A stretch of DNA of 64,000 nucleotides from Candidatus Eiseniibacteriota bacterium (GTDB taxonomy: Bacteria; Eisenbacteria; RBG-16-71-46), in NCBI GenBank assembly GCA_963776245.1, contig CAVZLN010000003.1, forward strand, positions 1,024,001 through 1,088,000. Direction: 5' to 3'. A program made the translations under genes and the position numbers. Of this stretch, positions 1 to 10,409 are shown in pieces (position 1 is the first letter of the stretch; every line of letters starts with the position of its first letter). The notes under the pieces were generated by a model. It ran no database searches. It saw only the letters and a list, made by a program, of their open reading frames with translations, and was not told the DNA's origin.

Positions 1-628
1 GGAACGCGGGGGCGCGCTCGCGCTCGCGTCGGCCGCCGCGCTCGCGGTGTGGATCGGGTACTCGTGGCTCGGCGTCGCGTACTTCTGGTGGTACTTCGCC
101 GTGCCGCTGGGTGGTATCGCCATGGTCGCGGCGGTGGGTGTCCCGCGGCTCGCGCGCGGACCGGCGGTGTACGTCTCGGCCGCGCTCATGGTGGTCGGCA
201 TGTGGACCATCGCGCAGTCGCTGTACGTCGGTCGCTGGCAGGAGGAATCGCAGAGCTTCGGTCCGGCCGCCCGCTACCTGAGCACGCACGCGCTGCCCGG
301 CGAGAAGGCGATGCTCGAGCCGATCGGCATGATCGGGTACACCGCGCCCGTGACGGTCGTGGACGAGGTCGGGCTGGTGTCTCCGCGAGTCGCGTTCCGA
401 CGCCAGCGGGGCGCCGGCTGGTACGCGGACATCGCCACCACCGAGCGGCCGGAGTGGCTGGTGCTCCGCTACGGCTCGGTGCGGACGGGCATCGGGTTCG
501 CCGGGAGGGGCGCGCCCTTCCGCAGTCCGGCCGAGCGCGACTCGCTGTTCGCGCGCTACCAGATGGTCGACGCGGGCGCCGGGAATCTCAGGGACGAATC
601 GATCGTGATCCTGCGCCGCGTGCGGTAG
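1..628 (+). CDS. Membrane protein, GT-C glycosyltransferase-like, 5' truncated by the window edge
   Basis: Hydrophobic helices followed by a periplasmic tail with EPIGMIGY...VVDEVGLVSP, typical of arabinosyl/mannosyltransferase-like membrane proteins. The frame is open from the window start. Confidence 0.6.
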   Translation, partial: ERGGALALASAAALAVWIGYSWLGVAYFWWYFAVPLGGIAMVAAVGVPRLARGPAVYVSAALMVVGMWTIAQSLYVGRWQEESQSFGPAARYLSTHALPGEKAMLEPIGMIGYTAPVTVVDEVGLVSPRVAFRRQRGAGWYADIATTERPEWLVLRYGSVRTGIGFAGRGAPFRSPAERDSLFARYQMVDAGAGNLRDESIVILRRVR

Positions 629-2696
629 AGAACTCGCTGCGGATGCGATACAGCACCACGGCCGGCGTGCGCAGCACGACGGCGAATTCCGCGGGCGATC
701 CGTCGAGCTTCGCGATCGCGTCGAACCGCGGATCCGGATTGGGCCGGGCGATCGGATTGTACGGGTGCGTGTGGCGTGCCACTACGAAGAGCGGTGCCCG
801 CACGGCGCGCAGAACCTTCCAGGTCGAGTCGTTGATGCCGGGCTCGAGGAGCAGGTTGACCACGGCCCGTTCGCGCGCGATCAGGAGGCCGGGCGGGTAG
901 CCCATCACCGCCGCCGACGCCTTGTCGCTGCCGCCGAACAGGCCCCGGCGCCCCGAGTAGGCGGCCACCGACGACGAGTACGCGTGCTGCAGGTCGATCA
1001 CGATCGCGTCGATGGGCGTGTGGTCCCGCACGTAGTCGAAGACGGCGATCTCATCCGGCGTCTCGGGGTAGCCGGTGTGTCCGGTGTCGCGACTCTGGCG
1101 CGCATACCCGTTGAACAGCAGCAGCGCGCTCGGCAGGAACACGAGCGCCGCCAGTCCCCACGCCGGCGCCCGGCCGCGCCGCCGCGCCACCGCGCTCACC
1201 AGCATGCCGACGCCGGCCGCGGCGAACAGCGCGACGCCGAGATAGCCGAGGTAGACCAGGTACCCCTCGGTCAGCGGCACGGGGGGGCTCAGCACCAGCG
1301 CGAATGCCAGGCAGGCGATCGCGAATCCCAGGCCGAACAGGGCGAGGGCCTTGGAACGCCGCAACACGGCGCCCCATCCCCACAGCGCTGGCAGCATCAC
1401 GACCGACAGGCCCTGCACCAGCGGAGGCAGGTTCGCGGCGTTGAAGTGCAGCCACCGGTGCGAACCGTGCGTCAGGCCGAGGTGGAGCATGTACCACATC
1501 ACCGGCGCCGCCAGGCCCAGACCGGCCGTGACTGCCAGCGCGGCCGCGACCGCGCGACCCCGGCCGTCGGCGGCGAAGGTCGCCAGCCCCAGACCCGCCA
1601 GCACCGCGAGACCGGCGGGCACGCCCACCACCGGGTGGGCGAGGGCGGCGGACATGGCCACCGCCGCGATCGCCACCAACCGGCCCCTCCCGCCTTCACG
1701 CAGGTGGACCGCGACCAGCACGAACGTCGCGATGATCAAGGTGAGCGCCGTGCCGAGTGAATTGGCCGTCAGGTACTTGTTGAGGAACGAACAGAGGACG
1801 AAATAGGAATCCAGGATCAGACCGCCGCACACCTGATTGGCATTGGGATGCAGCACCCAGACCCACAGCCGCTGGTAGAAATCGGCGAACCCACGGTGCT
1901 CCCCGATCAGGGGAGCGATCAGCAGGTGGGTGAAGATCAGCACCCAACCGAGCGCATTCATGCCCAGGGCCACGACGGCCGGTGCGAGGCGCCGGTGCGA
2001 GTTCTCCGTCCAGAAGACCGAAGCGACGCGGAACACGCCGAGAGCCAGCGCCGCCATCATTGCGCCCCCCACCCATGGGAACACCTCGAGCGGCGGGAGC
2101 CCCATCCCCTCCACGAGCGCGGCACCCCAGACGTGGAACTGCCAGATGTAGTTCAACGGCATCCCGGCGCACGAAGGATCCTGCGGTGGGATCCCGCGCA
2201 GTCGGATCTCGTTCACGATCTGCGCGTGGAGCATCGCGTCCCCGTTGTCGCGAACGGCCGGATTGAGGGCGGCGGGAAGCGCAACCAGCAGGGCGAGCGC
2301 ACCGGCGATCAGCCACGCGACCGCGTCCGCCGGCGGACCACCGCGGGTCCGCGGCCGCAGCAACAGGGCCCAGCCGGCGCACAACCCAGCCCAGGCCCAC
2401 AGGAACGCCGGCGCCGGCAGGCCGGCCGCGAAGGCCAGGGTGCGGCCCGCGATCGTGACCGGAACCGACAGGACGAGGCTCGCCATCGCCACTTCCTCGG
2501 CGGTCGTCCCGGCCGAGCGCAACAGACTCTCGGCCAGCAGCCAGCCCGGGATCACCCCCAGAAGCAGGTAGCCGAGCGGGGCGCGCACGGGCGTCGGCAG
2601 ATGCATCTGGGCCGCCGCGGCCGCGAGCAGCGCCACCACGGCCACCGCCCAGGACAGTCGCCCGGGGGCCAGAATGCGAGGCGAGCGAGGATCCAT
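588..2696 (-). CDS. Polytopic membrane protein, GT-C-like (YYY/DUF2298-type architecture)
   Basis: Likely start is MDPRSPRIL at ATG 2696, with -10 TACGCT 8 nt upstream. More than 10 TM segments, DAMLHAQIVNEI..GIPPQDP...LNYIWQFH loop, and C-terminal DYVRDHTPIDAIV..AAYSGRR domain. Confidence 0.65.
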   Translation of the reverse strand: MDPRSPRILAPGRLSWAVAVVALLAAAAAQMHLPTPVRAPLGYLLLGVIPGWLLAESLLRSAGTTAEEVAMASLVLSVPVTIAGRTLAFAAGLPAPAFLWAWAGLCAGWALLLRPRTRGGPPADAVAWLIAGALALLVALPAALNPAVRDNGDAMLHAQIVNEIRLRGIPPQDPSCAGMPLNYIWQFHVWGAALVEGMGLPPLEVFPWVGGAMMAALALGVFRVASVFWTENSHRRLAPAVVALGMNALGWVLIFTHLLIAPLIGEHRGFADFYQRLWVWVLHPNANQVCGGLILDSYFVLCSFLNKYLTANSLGTALTLIIATFVLVAVHLREGGRGRLVAIAAVAMSAALAHPVVGVPAGLAVLAGLGLATFAADGRGRAVAAALAVTAGLGLAAPVMWYMLHLGLTHGSHRWLHFNAANLPPLVQGLSVVMLPALWGWGAVLRRSKALALFGLGFAIACLAFALVLSPPVPLTEGYLVYLGYLGVALFAAAGVGMLVSAVARRRGRAPAWGLAALVFLPSALLLFNGYARQSRDTGHTGYPETPDEIAVFDYVRDHTPIDAIVIDLQHAYSSSVAAYSGRRGLFGGSDKASAAVMGYPPGLLIARERAVVNLLLEPGINDSTWKVLRAVRAPLFVVARHTHPYNPIARPNPDPRFDAIAKLDGSPAEFAVVLRTPAVVLYRIRSEFSTARGAGSRSIRP

Positions 2697-2877
2697 GATG
2701 ACGAAGCGTACCCACCCGCGGCAGCGATGACAAACCCGTCCAAAGGAACCCCCCGCGTCCACCCCATCGCGCGCGGCGTTGGTCGGGAGTCGCTTGCCGG
2801 CCCCGCGCGGCGCCACGAACCTGCGGTCCGGACATCGCCCACCACCACCCGACCGGGTCCGCAGAGGAGACGCCCTC

Positions 2878-4026
2878 ATGTCGCGAACCGCACGTCTGCA
2901 TCCGATCCTCGCCGCCCTGGTGCTGCTGGGCGCCGCGCACGGCGCCCACGCCAAGGACATCACCCTGCCGCCGAGCGGCGACAACCAGGTGTGTTCGGTC
3001 ACGCAGGGCATCGGGCTGGTGCGCGTCACGGTCGAGTACAGCAGCCCCAACGTGCACGCGCCCGATGGCACGGACCGCAAGGGCCACATCTGGGGCGAGC
3101 TGGTGCCGTACGGCCTCGCCGACCTCGGCTACAACGGCTGCACGCAGTGTCCGTGGCGCGGTGGCGCGAACGAGAACACCGTGTTCACCACGTCGCACCC
3201 GGTCAAGATCGAGGGCCAGACGCTGCCCGCGGGTTCGTACGGCCTGCACTTCATCCCGGGCCGCGACGAGTGGGTGGTCATCTTCTCGAAGGACTCCAAA
3301 GCGTGGGGCAGCTTCTGGTACGACCCGGCCCGGGACCAGCTGCGCGTGACCGTGAAGCCCGCGGCGTGCGAGTACCACGAGTGGCTCACCTACGAGTTCA
3401 CCGACCGCGAGACCGACCATGCGACGGTGGCGCTCGAGTGGGAGAACCTGCAGGTGCCGGTCCGGATCTCGGTGGACGACATGGCGGGCGTGTACGTCGA
3501 GAACCTGAAGGACGAGTTCCGCAACGCTCAGGCCTTCAAGTGGGAGACGTTCATGGACGCCGCCAACTTCTGCCTGCGCAGCAGGGCCCATCTCGACCAG
3601 GGCCTGCTGTGGGCGCAGGAGGCGGTCAGCCGTCCGGGCAATGGCGTCGCGAACTTCCAGACGCTCACCACGCTCGCGCAATTGCAGATCGCCAACGGCC
3701 AGCCCGCGGACGGGGCGAAGACGTTCGATCGCGCGATGGCGCTGCCGGGCACCACTCCGATGGACATCCACGGCGCCGCCCGCACGCTGCAGATGGCGGG
3801 GGACAACCCGGGCGCCAAGCGGCTGTTCCTGCTCAACGCGAAGCGCTTCCCGAACCAGTGGCCCGTGAACGTCGGCCTCGCGCGCGCGAACGCGATCGAC
3901 GGCAGGTTCAAGGAGGCGGTGGCGAGCGCGCGCAAGGCGATGGCACAGGCGCCCGACGAGGGGAATCGCAAGAACCTCGAGAACCTGATCAAGCAGTGGG
4001 AGGCCGCCGGGACACCGAAGCAGTAG
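2878..4026 (+). CDS. DUF2911 domain protein with C-terminal TPR region, secreted
   Basis: Signal peptide ending AHA. Motifs VTVEYSSP, IWGELVPYG, WRGGANENT, LPAGSYGL and LEWENLQV are characteristic of DUF2911. SD GAGGAG upstream. Confidence 0.85.
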   Translation: MSRTARLHPILAALVLLGAAHGAHAKDITLPPSGDNQVCSVTQGIGLVRVTVEYSSPNVHAPDGTDRKGHIWGELVPYGLADLGYNGCTQCPWRGGANENTVFTTSHPVKIEGQTLPAGSYGLHFIPGRDEWVVIFSKDSKAWGSFWYDPARDQLRVTVKPAACEYHEWLTYEFTDRETDHATVALEWENLQVPVRISVDDMAGVYVENLKDEFRNAQAFKWETFMDAANFCLRSRAHLDQGLLWAQEAVSRPGNGVANFQTLTTLAQLQIANGQPADGAKTFDRAMALPGTTPMDIHGAARTLQMAGDNPGAKRLFLLNAKRFPNQWPVNVGLARANAIDGRFKEAVASARKAMAQAPDEGNRKNLENLIKQWEAAGTPKQ

Positions 4027-4195
4027 AAGGGACCGCGCGGGCAACCGGCGCGCGCCCGGCGGTGTCTACGTGGTGCGGCTGACGGCGGATGGCTTAAGCT
4101 TCACCCGCAAGATCGCCCGACTGGAATAGCCGGCGCCGTCGCATCGCGGGCGGGCGGCCAGCGCAGGGAATCCGCCCGGAGGCCCCGGATCGCCG

Positions 4196-6634
4196 ATGCG
4201 ACACGCGATGCCCATCGCCCTCGCGATCGCCGCGGTCTGGCGGTTTGCGACGCCCGCGGCCGCGGCGCCGGCCGGCCCGGGCGTCATCATCGGCGAGATC
4301 CGCGCGCAGTCGTCGGGCCTGCCCCTCGCGGCGGTCGAGGTCGTCGTCCGCCGCGCCGCCGACTCCACCGTGGTGGCGCACGCCACGACCACGGAAGACG
4401 GACGCTTCCGCCTCGATGGCCTGCCGCTCGATCGCTACCTGTTCCGCGCGAGCGCGCTCGGCTACCGGCCCTACTCGAGCGCGGACGTCGCGTTGACCGC
4501 CTCGGCGCCCATCGCGGACCTGGGTTCGCTCTCGCTCGCGGTCGCGCCGGTCCCGATTCCAGGCGTCACGACCACGACCGAGCGCGCGACGGTCATCGTG
4601 GCGCCCGATCGGAACATCTACCTGACCAAGGACATGCCGGCGGCCACCGCGGGCACCGCGACCGATGTCCTGCGCACCGTTCCCGAGCTGGAAGTGGACA
4701 TGGACGGCAAGGTCAGCCTGCGGGGCAGCTCGAACGTCACGATCCAGCTCAACGGCCGGCCGGCCCCGATGCGCGGGGACGCGCTGACCACGTTCCTGCG
4801 ACAGTTCCCCGCGAACCGGATCGAACGCGTCGAGGTGATCGCGAACCCGTCCGCCAAGTTCGACCCGGAAGGCACGGCGGGGATCGTCAACATCGTCCTC
4901 AAGGACGGCGCCGATCTCGGACTGAGCGGCAGCGTCGCGCTCAACGCCGGGAACCGTTCGAACGGCGCGACCGGCCGGCTGGCGTATCAGCGCGGCAAGC
5001 TGACGTTCTTCGGCGGGCTGTCGGGCAATCGGAACCGCTCCCACAGCTCGTTCGACGACTTCCGCGAGAACCTGCTGGCCCGGCCGCTCAGCTTCTACCG
5101 GCTGAACTCGACCACCGACTACCGCGGCGGCTTCGCGATGACGGACGCCTCGGTGGAATGGGCGCTCGACAAACGCTCGACGCTCTACGGCTCGTTCAAC
5201 GGCTACCTGAACTCGGGCGACACCGATGGCGCATCCGCCTACGCGCTGCTCGATTCGATCGAGGACGTGACCAGGCGCTACGACCGCGCCAACGACGGTG
5301 GCTGGGATGGGCGCACCGGCAACCTCACGCTCGGCTTCCGGCACGTGGTCCAGGCCGACCGGAACGAGTGGACGGCCGAAGTGAGACAGAACGGTTCGGA
5401 GAACGACAACGACACCCACGCACTGACGCACGTGCTGACCCCGGCCGGCACGCCCGACGAGCGCTCGCTCTCGAGCGGGGCCACCGGGAACCGCGACCGC
5501 GCCGCGCAGCTCGACTTGGCGCATCCGCTCGGCGCGCGGGGCAAGGTCGAGGCCGGCTACCGCGGCTCCGATCGCCGGAGCACCAACCACAGCGCGCTCG
5601 AGTACGTGCCCGGTGACCCGCTCGTGACTCCGCCGGCCAACGATGTCAGCGACTACGTACACCACGAGATCTTCCACTCGGGCTACCTCACCCTGGGCTC
5701 CACCTTCGGCAAGCTCTCGGCGCAGCTCGGCGCGCGCGCCGAGGCCGCCAACACCACGTTCGACGTGACCTCCACCGGGGCGCGCTACGACAACGACTAT
5801 CGAAGCCTGTTCCCGAGCGCGAACGTCGCCTACGACTTCGGCAAGGGCCTGACGGTGCGGTTCGCGTACTCGAAACGCATCGAGCGCGCGTCGGCCGGGT
5901 ACCTGAATCCAGACATGCCTTCGCTCGACACGCTCAATCGCTGGGTGGGCAATCCGTACCTCAGACCGAAGTACACGCACTCGTTCAGCCTCGAAGGCGC
6001 GTGGACCGGATCGCGCGGCTCGGTGCGGCTCTCGCCCTACTATCGCGAGACGGTGGGCAACTGGGACCAGTTCAAGCAGGTGGACGCCAACGGCGTCGCG
6101 ATCACCACCTGGCGCAACGCGGCGTCGGTGCGCCTGTCCGGCGCGAGCCTGACCCTGTCGCTGCGCCAGACCGGCAGGCTCGGAGGCTCGGCGGGCTTCA
6201 CCGGCTACCGCGAGCGGCACGACGCGAGCAACCTGTCGAGCGACTACTTCAACGACTCGTTCCGCTGGTCGGCCAGCGTCAGTCCCATGGTGAAGGCGAC
6301 CGCGGCCCTCGACCTGCAGGGGAGCGTGCGCTTCGCGCCCGCTCAGACGCTCGCCCAGGGGCGGGTCTCATCGCTCATCTTCAGCAATGTCGGCGCGCGC
6401 CTGAAGCTGGGCGCGCACGCGTGGGCCAACCTGTGGGTGAACGATCCCTTCAACCTCTGGCACTACGAGTACTCCACCCGCGATCGCACCCACGCGCAGA
6501 CCAGCTCGAATCGCTACAGCATGCGCTCGGCGATGCTGAGCCTGACCTGGACCTTCGGCAAGCCGCCCGAGCAGAAGCCCCGCCGCCCGGCCGAGGAGCA
6601 GCCCCAGCAGGAGCCGAACGTCCAGATGCACTAG
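4196..6634 (+). CDS. TonB-dependent receptor / outer-membrane beta-barrel family protein
   Basis: Signal peptide, carboxypeptidase-regulatory-like N domain, plug motif (DVLRTVP..VDMDGKVSLRG; IERVEVIANPSAKFDPEG), GNPYLRP, and terminal strand LSLTWTFG. Confidence 0.9.
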   Translation: MRHAMPIALAIAAVWRFATPAAAAPAGPGVIIGEIRAQSSGLPLAAVEVVVRRAADSTVVAHATTTEDGRFRLDGLPLDRYLFRASALGYRPYSSADVALTASAPIADLGSLSLAVAPVPIPGVTTTTERATVIVAPDRNIYLTKDMPAATAGTATDVLRTVPELEVDMDGKVSLRGSSNVTIQLNGRPAPMRGDALTTFLRQFPANRIERVEVIANPSAKFDPEGTAGIVNIVLKDGADLGLSGSVALNAGNRSNGATGRLAYQRGKLTFFGGLSGNRNRSHSSFDDFRENLLARPLSFYRLNSTTDYRGGFAMTDASVEWALDKRSTLYGSFNGYLNSGDTDGASAYALLDSIEDVTRRYDRANDGGWDGRTGNLTLGFRHVVQADRNEWTAEVRQNGSENDNDTHALTHVLTPAGTPDERSLSSGATGNRDRAAQLDLAHPLGARGKVEAGYRGSDRRSTNHSALEYVPGDPLVTPPANDVSDYVHHEIFHSGYLTLGSTFGKLSAQLGARAEAANTTFDVTSTGARYDNDYRSLFPSANVAYDFGKGLTVRFAYSKRIERASAGYLNPDMPSLDTLNRWVGNPYLRPKYTHSFSLEGAWTGSRGSVRLSPYYRETVGNWDQFKQVDANGVAITTWRNAASVRLSGASLTLSLRQTGRLGGSAGFTGYRERHDASNLSSDYFNDSFRWSASVSPMVKATAALDLQGSVRFAPAQTLAQGRVSSLIFSNVGARLKLGAHAWANLWVNDPFNLWHYEYSTRDRTHAQTSSNRYSMRSAMLSLTWTFGKPPEQKPRRPAEEQPQQEPNVQMH

Positions 6635-6751
6635 CGCCGCGGGGCGCGGGTGGGAATCGTGTCTTGACCTGTCCCGCGCCGCGGAAGAGACTTGAGCCCG
6701 CATCTCCGAGTCCCGCCTCCTCCGTGTTCCATGACCGGGTTGTCGCGCACT

Positions 6752-6766
6752 CGGCACGTGGTTCGC
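6752..6766 (+). promoter_or_regulatory. Candidate sigma54 (-24/-12) promoter
   Basis: CGGCACGTGGTTCGC has GG-N10-GC spacing and lies about 60 nt before the start of the secreted protein gene. Confidence 0.45.
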
Positions 6767-6823
6767 CCTCGGTTCCCTTTCAGGCGCCACATCCCCAGGC
6801 CGTGGCGCGGGAGGCTCCCACTC

Positions 6824-9316
6824 ATGCCGATGTCTTCCGTCTCCTCCGCATCTCGCGTTCTTGGTTCGCGTCTCGGCGGCCTGCTGGTCGCGGTCTGCTT
6901 CGGGGCCGCCTTCGCCGCGGTCGCCGGCGCCACCACCTTGACCTGGAACAATCCGGCCGGGGGCGCGTGGTCGGATCCCGCGAACTGGACCCCCAACGAG
7001 GTCCCCGACGTCGCCGGCGAAGTCGCGGTGCTCCCCGCGCTCTCCGGCGCGTACCAGGTGACGCTCGACATCGATCCCGGGATCGACGCGCTCCAGATCG
7101 GAGCCGCCGACCCGACGCTCGATCTGCACGGCCACTCCATCGCAGCCGTGCCGTCGGTCTCCAACGCCGGCAAGATCGTGAACTTCGTCGGTCTGTACGA
7201 CAGCGGGAAGATCCACAACCTCTCGACCGGAACGGTGGTCGCGGCCTTCAACAAGTCCTTCCAGTCCGTCGGGCCGCTCGTGAATGACGGCCGGATCATC
7301 GTCGGTCCCGGGGCCGCGAGCATGGTGTATGCCCCGAGCGGGCTCTCGGTCGGCGGCACCGGCACGCTGATCCTGGACCACTCGCAGATCTACGATCCGA
7401 GCGGCGCGCTGGGAGTGGTGATCCAGCCCGGGGCCACGCTGTCCGGCTCGGGCGTCGTCAACATCCCGATCACCAACTACGGAGTGATCGAGGGCGACGG
7501 GACCCGCGGCCCGCTGCTCCGCGTCGATGGGATCATCTGGAACTACGGCACGCTGCGCGTCAGCCACGACGGCGGCATCAACGTCAATCGCCCGCTGCTG
7601 AAGAACCTGGGCGGCACCATCACCAGCGGCCCGGGCGGCGGCACCTTCTCGGTCATGACGGTGAATCAGATCGGCGGGACGATGGACTGCGGTCAGGGCG
7701 GAAGGCTCGTGGCCGACGGCGGCGATCTGAGGCTCTCCTGCGGAACGCTCATGGACGCGGAGATCCAGCGGGTCGGGCCGTCGGGTGCGGTGAGCATCGA
7801 CATCGCGACCATCCAGAACGTGACGGTCGCCACCGGCGCCGAGCTGTCCGTTCCCGGCCACGCGGACCTGATGGCCGCCGGAACCTCGCTCACGAACAAT
7901 GGGACCGTGCGGGTCTCGGGCAGCATCAACTTCGGGATCCTCGATGGGCAGTACAGCATCAACCTCGCCGGCACCGGCACGCTGATCCTCGAGGGCGGCA
8001 CGCTCGGGAGCGGCACCGGGGCGACCCTGTGGAACAAGTCGGGCCAGACCATCCAGGGGTGCGGCACCATCAATCCCCCGTTCCTCAATGACGGCACCGT
8101 CAGTCTCGACTGCGGCGCCCAGCTCGGGGCGGTCCCCGGCTCGTTCGTGAATCGCAAGGTGATGCGCGTGACGGGAGGGAAGCTGGTCGTCTCCGGGGCG
8201 TCCACCAAGCTCACGAACCGCGGCACGCTCTCGGCCACCACGGGAGCGATCTCGGTCGAGAACGGCGGCACGATCGACAACACCGGCGGCGTGCTGTCCG
8301 CGGCCGGTGGGAACATCGACCTCGGCACCGCCACCACGGCCGGGACCGTGATCGGCGGCAAGCTCGAATCGTCCGGCGGCGCCATCTTCCGGGTGCAGAA
8401 GGCCGCGACCCTCCGCGACGTCACGCTCGGGCCCACGGCCACGCTGCTGACGATGGGCGGGGCGACCACGACCGCGACCGGGACGCGGTTCCTCAACCAG
8501 GGCACGAACCGGGTGGCGTCCCTCGGCACGTTCGCCGTCGGCGCGACCACCGATTACGTGCAGACCTCGGGCGCCACGGCGCTCGAGGGTGGCGCGATCT
8601 CCTCGACCCGCGACCTCCAGATCCAGGCGGGCGCGCTGCGCGGTATCGGGACGGTCACGGCGAACGTGGTCAATGCCGGCGACCTCAGCCCCGACGCGAA
8701 CGCCGCTCCGCTGCGGGTCCAGGGCGACTACCGCCAGACTTCGACCGGTTCGTTCCGCGTGGCGCTCGCCGCCGGCCTGAGCAGCCAGCTCGATGTCACC
8801 GGGAGCGCGACGCTCGACGGGGCGCTCGCCACCTCGGTGGCCGACGGCTACCTGCCGGCGCCGGGGAACAGCTTCAGCGTGCTCTCGTACGGGTCGCTCG
8901 CCGGCAAGTTCGTGCAGTCCGCGAGCGGGCTGGAGGCCGCCAGCCAGCTCGACGTCCTGCCGGTGTACGGGCCGAGCGCGCTCGCGCTGGTGGTCTCGAG
9001 CGCCCTGTCGGTGGGTGGCCCAGCGGCCGCGCCGGCGACGCTGCGCTTCTACGGTCGCCGCGGCGCGAACGGCTCGAGCTTCGTGCTCGAGCTGCCGCAG
9101 GCCGCCGATCTGAAGGGCCGCATCTACGACGCGAGCGGACGCGAGGTGGCCCGGTTCGCGGACGGCCCGCGCCCGGCCGGCGTGCACGTCTTCCCGCTCC
9201 GCGATGCCGGCGGCGCGTCGGGCGGACTGGCGAGCGGGATGTACTTCGCCCGCGTGGTGGTGAGCCACGGTGCCGGAGGCGACGTCCGCACGGCACGCGT
9301 CATCGTGCTGCGCTGA
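6824..9316 (+). CDS. Large secreted Gly/Thr/Asn-rich beta-helix (autotransporter-passenger-like) protein with C-terminal FlgD-Ig/T9SS type A sorting-like domain
   Basis: Signal peptide, WNNPAGGAWSDPANW start, repeated NxGT/GTGTLIL strands, YVQTSGAT..GDYRQTSTG..LDVTGSATLDG region, and C-terminal IYDASGREVAR...LASGMYFARV...RVIVLR. Confidence 0.75.
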   Translation: MPMSSVSSASRVLGSRLGGLLVAVCFGAAFAAVAGATTLTWNNPAGGAWSDPANWTPNEVPDVAGEVAVLPALSGAYQVTLDIDPGIDALQIGAADPTLDLHGHSIAAVPSVSNAGKIVNFVGLYDSGKIHNLSTGTVVAAFNKSFQSVGPLVNDGRIIVGPGAASMVYAPSGLSVGGTGTLILDHSQIYDPSGALGVVIQPGATLSGSGVVNIPITNYGVIEGDGTRGPLLRVDGIIWNYGTLRVSHDGGINVNRPLLKNLGGTITSGPGGGTFSVMTVNQIGGTMDCGQGGRLVADGGDLRLSCGTLMDAEIQRVGPSGAVSIDIATIQNVTVATGAELSVPGHADLMAAGTSLTNNGTVRVSGSINFGILDGQYSINLAGTGTLILEGGTLGSGTGATLWNKSGQTIQGCGTINPPFLNDGTVSLDCGAQLGAVPGSFVNRKVMRVTGGKLVVSGASTKLTNRGTLSATTGAISVENGGTIDNTGGVLSAAGGNIDLGTATTAGTVIGGKLESSGGAIFRVQKAATLRDVTLGPTATLLTMGGATTTATGTRFLNQGTNRVASLGTFAVGATTDYVQTSGATALEGGAISSTRDLQIQAGALRGIGTVTANVVNAGDLSPDANAAPLRVQGDYRQTSTGSFRVALAAGLSSQLDVTGSATLDGALATSVADGYLPAPGNSFSVLSYGSLAGKFVQSASGLEAASQLDVLPVYGPSALALVVSSALSVGGPAAAPATLRFYGRRGANGSSFVLELPQAADLKGRIYDASGREVARFADGPRPAGVHVFPLRDAGGASGGLASGMYFARVVVSHGAGGDVRTARVIVLR

Positions 9317-9371
9317 TCTCGAGCCGTCCGCGGCGCCGCGATCCCGGGCGAGCGGCACGGATGAAAGACGA

Positions 9372-9403
9372 TCGGGCCCGTTCCCTCGCGGGAGCGGGCC
9401 CGA
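9372..9403 (-). terminator. Intrinsic terminator hairpin between convergent genes
   Basis: TCGGGCCCGTTCCC-TCGC-GGGAGCGGGCCCGA. On the minus strand the loop is GCGA, followed by TCGTCTTT. Confidence 0.65.
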
Positions 9404-9421
9404 CGCGTGGGAGCCTCTTCG

Positions 9422-10351
9422 CTACTTCTGCCGCACCAGGTCGCCACCCTTGAAGCCGGAACCCGAGACGATCTTGCACGAGGAGGCCTTGCCCTTGCCG
9501 CCGAAGTTGCTGTTCACGACCTCGATCGTGCCGACCTGGGTCTCCTCGGCGCCCAGCGACTCGCCGGTGTCGGGGTCCTTCATGTCCGCGCCGAGGCGAT
9601 AGATCACGAACCGGTCGCCGACCTTCACACCGGCCTCGCTGCCCGAATTGATGATGACGTCGCCGTCCTTCGACATCACCACCTTCGCCTCCCACGCGCC
9701 GCCGCCGCCCTGCTCGTCGAGGAGCTTGACGATGTCCTCGATGGCCTCGCGCGTGACCTTGCCGACCAGCGACTGGTCGAACTGCGCCTCGGAGTCGAAC
9801 GCGAGCTGGTTGGTGCTGAGCCCCAGGCTCGTCGACGTCTTCTGCTTGCGCACGTTCTCGGCCTTGAGGATCTCGCCGGTGGTCGTGTTCACGATGCGCA
9901 TGTCCACGCCGATCACGGCGGTGTACTGGCCGACGTCGAGGCCGATGCCGGCTTTCTTGAGCAGCCCGCCGGTGCCGCGCTTCTTGTAGCCGAACTCGGT
10001 CACGGCGCCGATCACCGCCAGCTCGACCCCGAGCATCTTGCCCGCCTTGGCGGCGCTCTCCTGGGTGACGACGCCCGAGGTGCCGAGGTTCTGCTCGGCG
10101 AGCAGGCTGGCGATCTTGTCGCGCTCCATCACGCGATACCGGCCGCTCTTCACGAGCGTGGTCGCAAGCATGTCGGCCATGCCGTCGCCGACGCCCTTGC
10201 CGTGCCACCAGCCCCAGTGCTGCTCGGTCTTGTCCTGGAAGCTGAACACCGCGACTCGCTTCTTGCCACCCTTGAGGGGCTCATCCGCGGCCCTCGCGAA
10301 GCCGGGGATGGCGAGCGCGAGCAGAACGAGAATCGCGAACCGGTACTTCAT
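9422..10351 (-). CDS. CsgG/HfaB family protein with FlgT-C-like C-terminal domain
   Basis: KKRVAVFSF, GMADMLATTLVKSGRYRVMERDKI..LLAEQNL, GAVTEFG, VDMRIVNTTTGEI, and C-terminal INSGSEAGVKVGD..DPDTGESLG. Confidence 0.85.
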   Translation of the reverse strand: MKYRFAILVLLALAIPGFARAADEPLKGGKKRVAVFSFQDKTEQHWGWWHGKGVGDGMADMLATTLVKSGRYRVMERDKIASLLAEQNLGTSGVVTQESAAKAGKMLGVELAVIGAVTEFGYKKRGTGGLLKKAGIGLDVGQYTAVIGVDMRIVNTTTGEILKAENVRKQKTSTSLGLSTNQLAFDSEAQFDQSLVGKVTREAIEDIVKLLDEQGGGGAWEAKVVMSKDGDVIINSGSEAGVKVGDRFVIYRLGADMKDPDTGESLGAEETQVGTIEVVNSNFGGKGKASSCKIVSGSGFKGGDLVRQK

Positions 10352-10409
10352 GAAGCACCTCCTCTGTGGGGGTCATCGCTGGGGACCACGATGAAAGGCG
10401 GCGCGGCGA

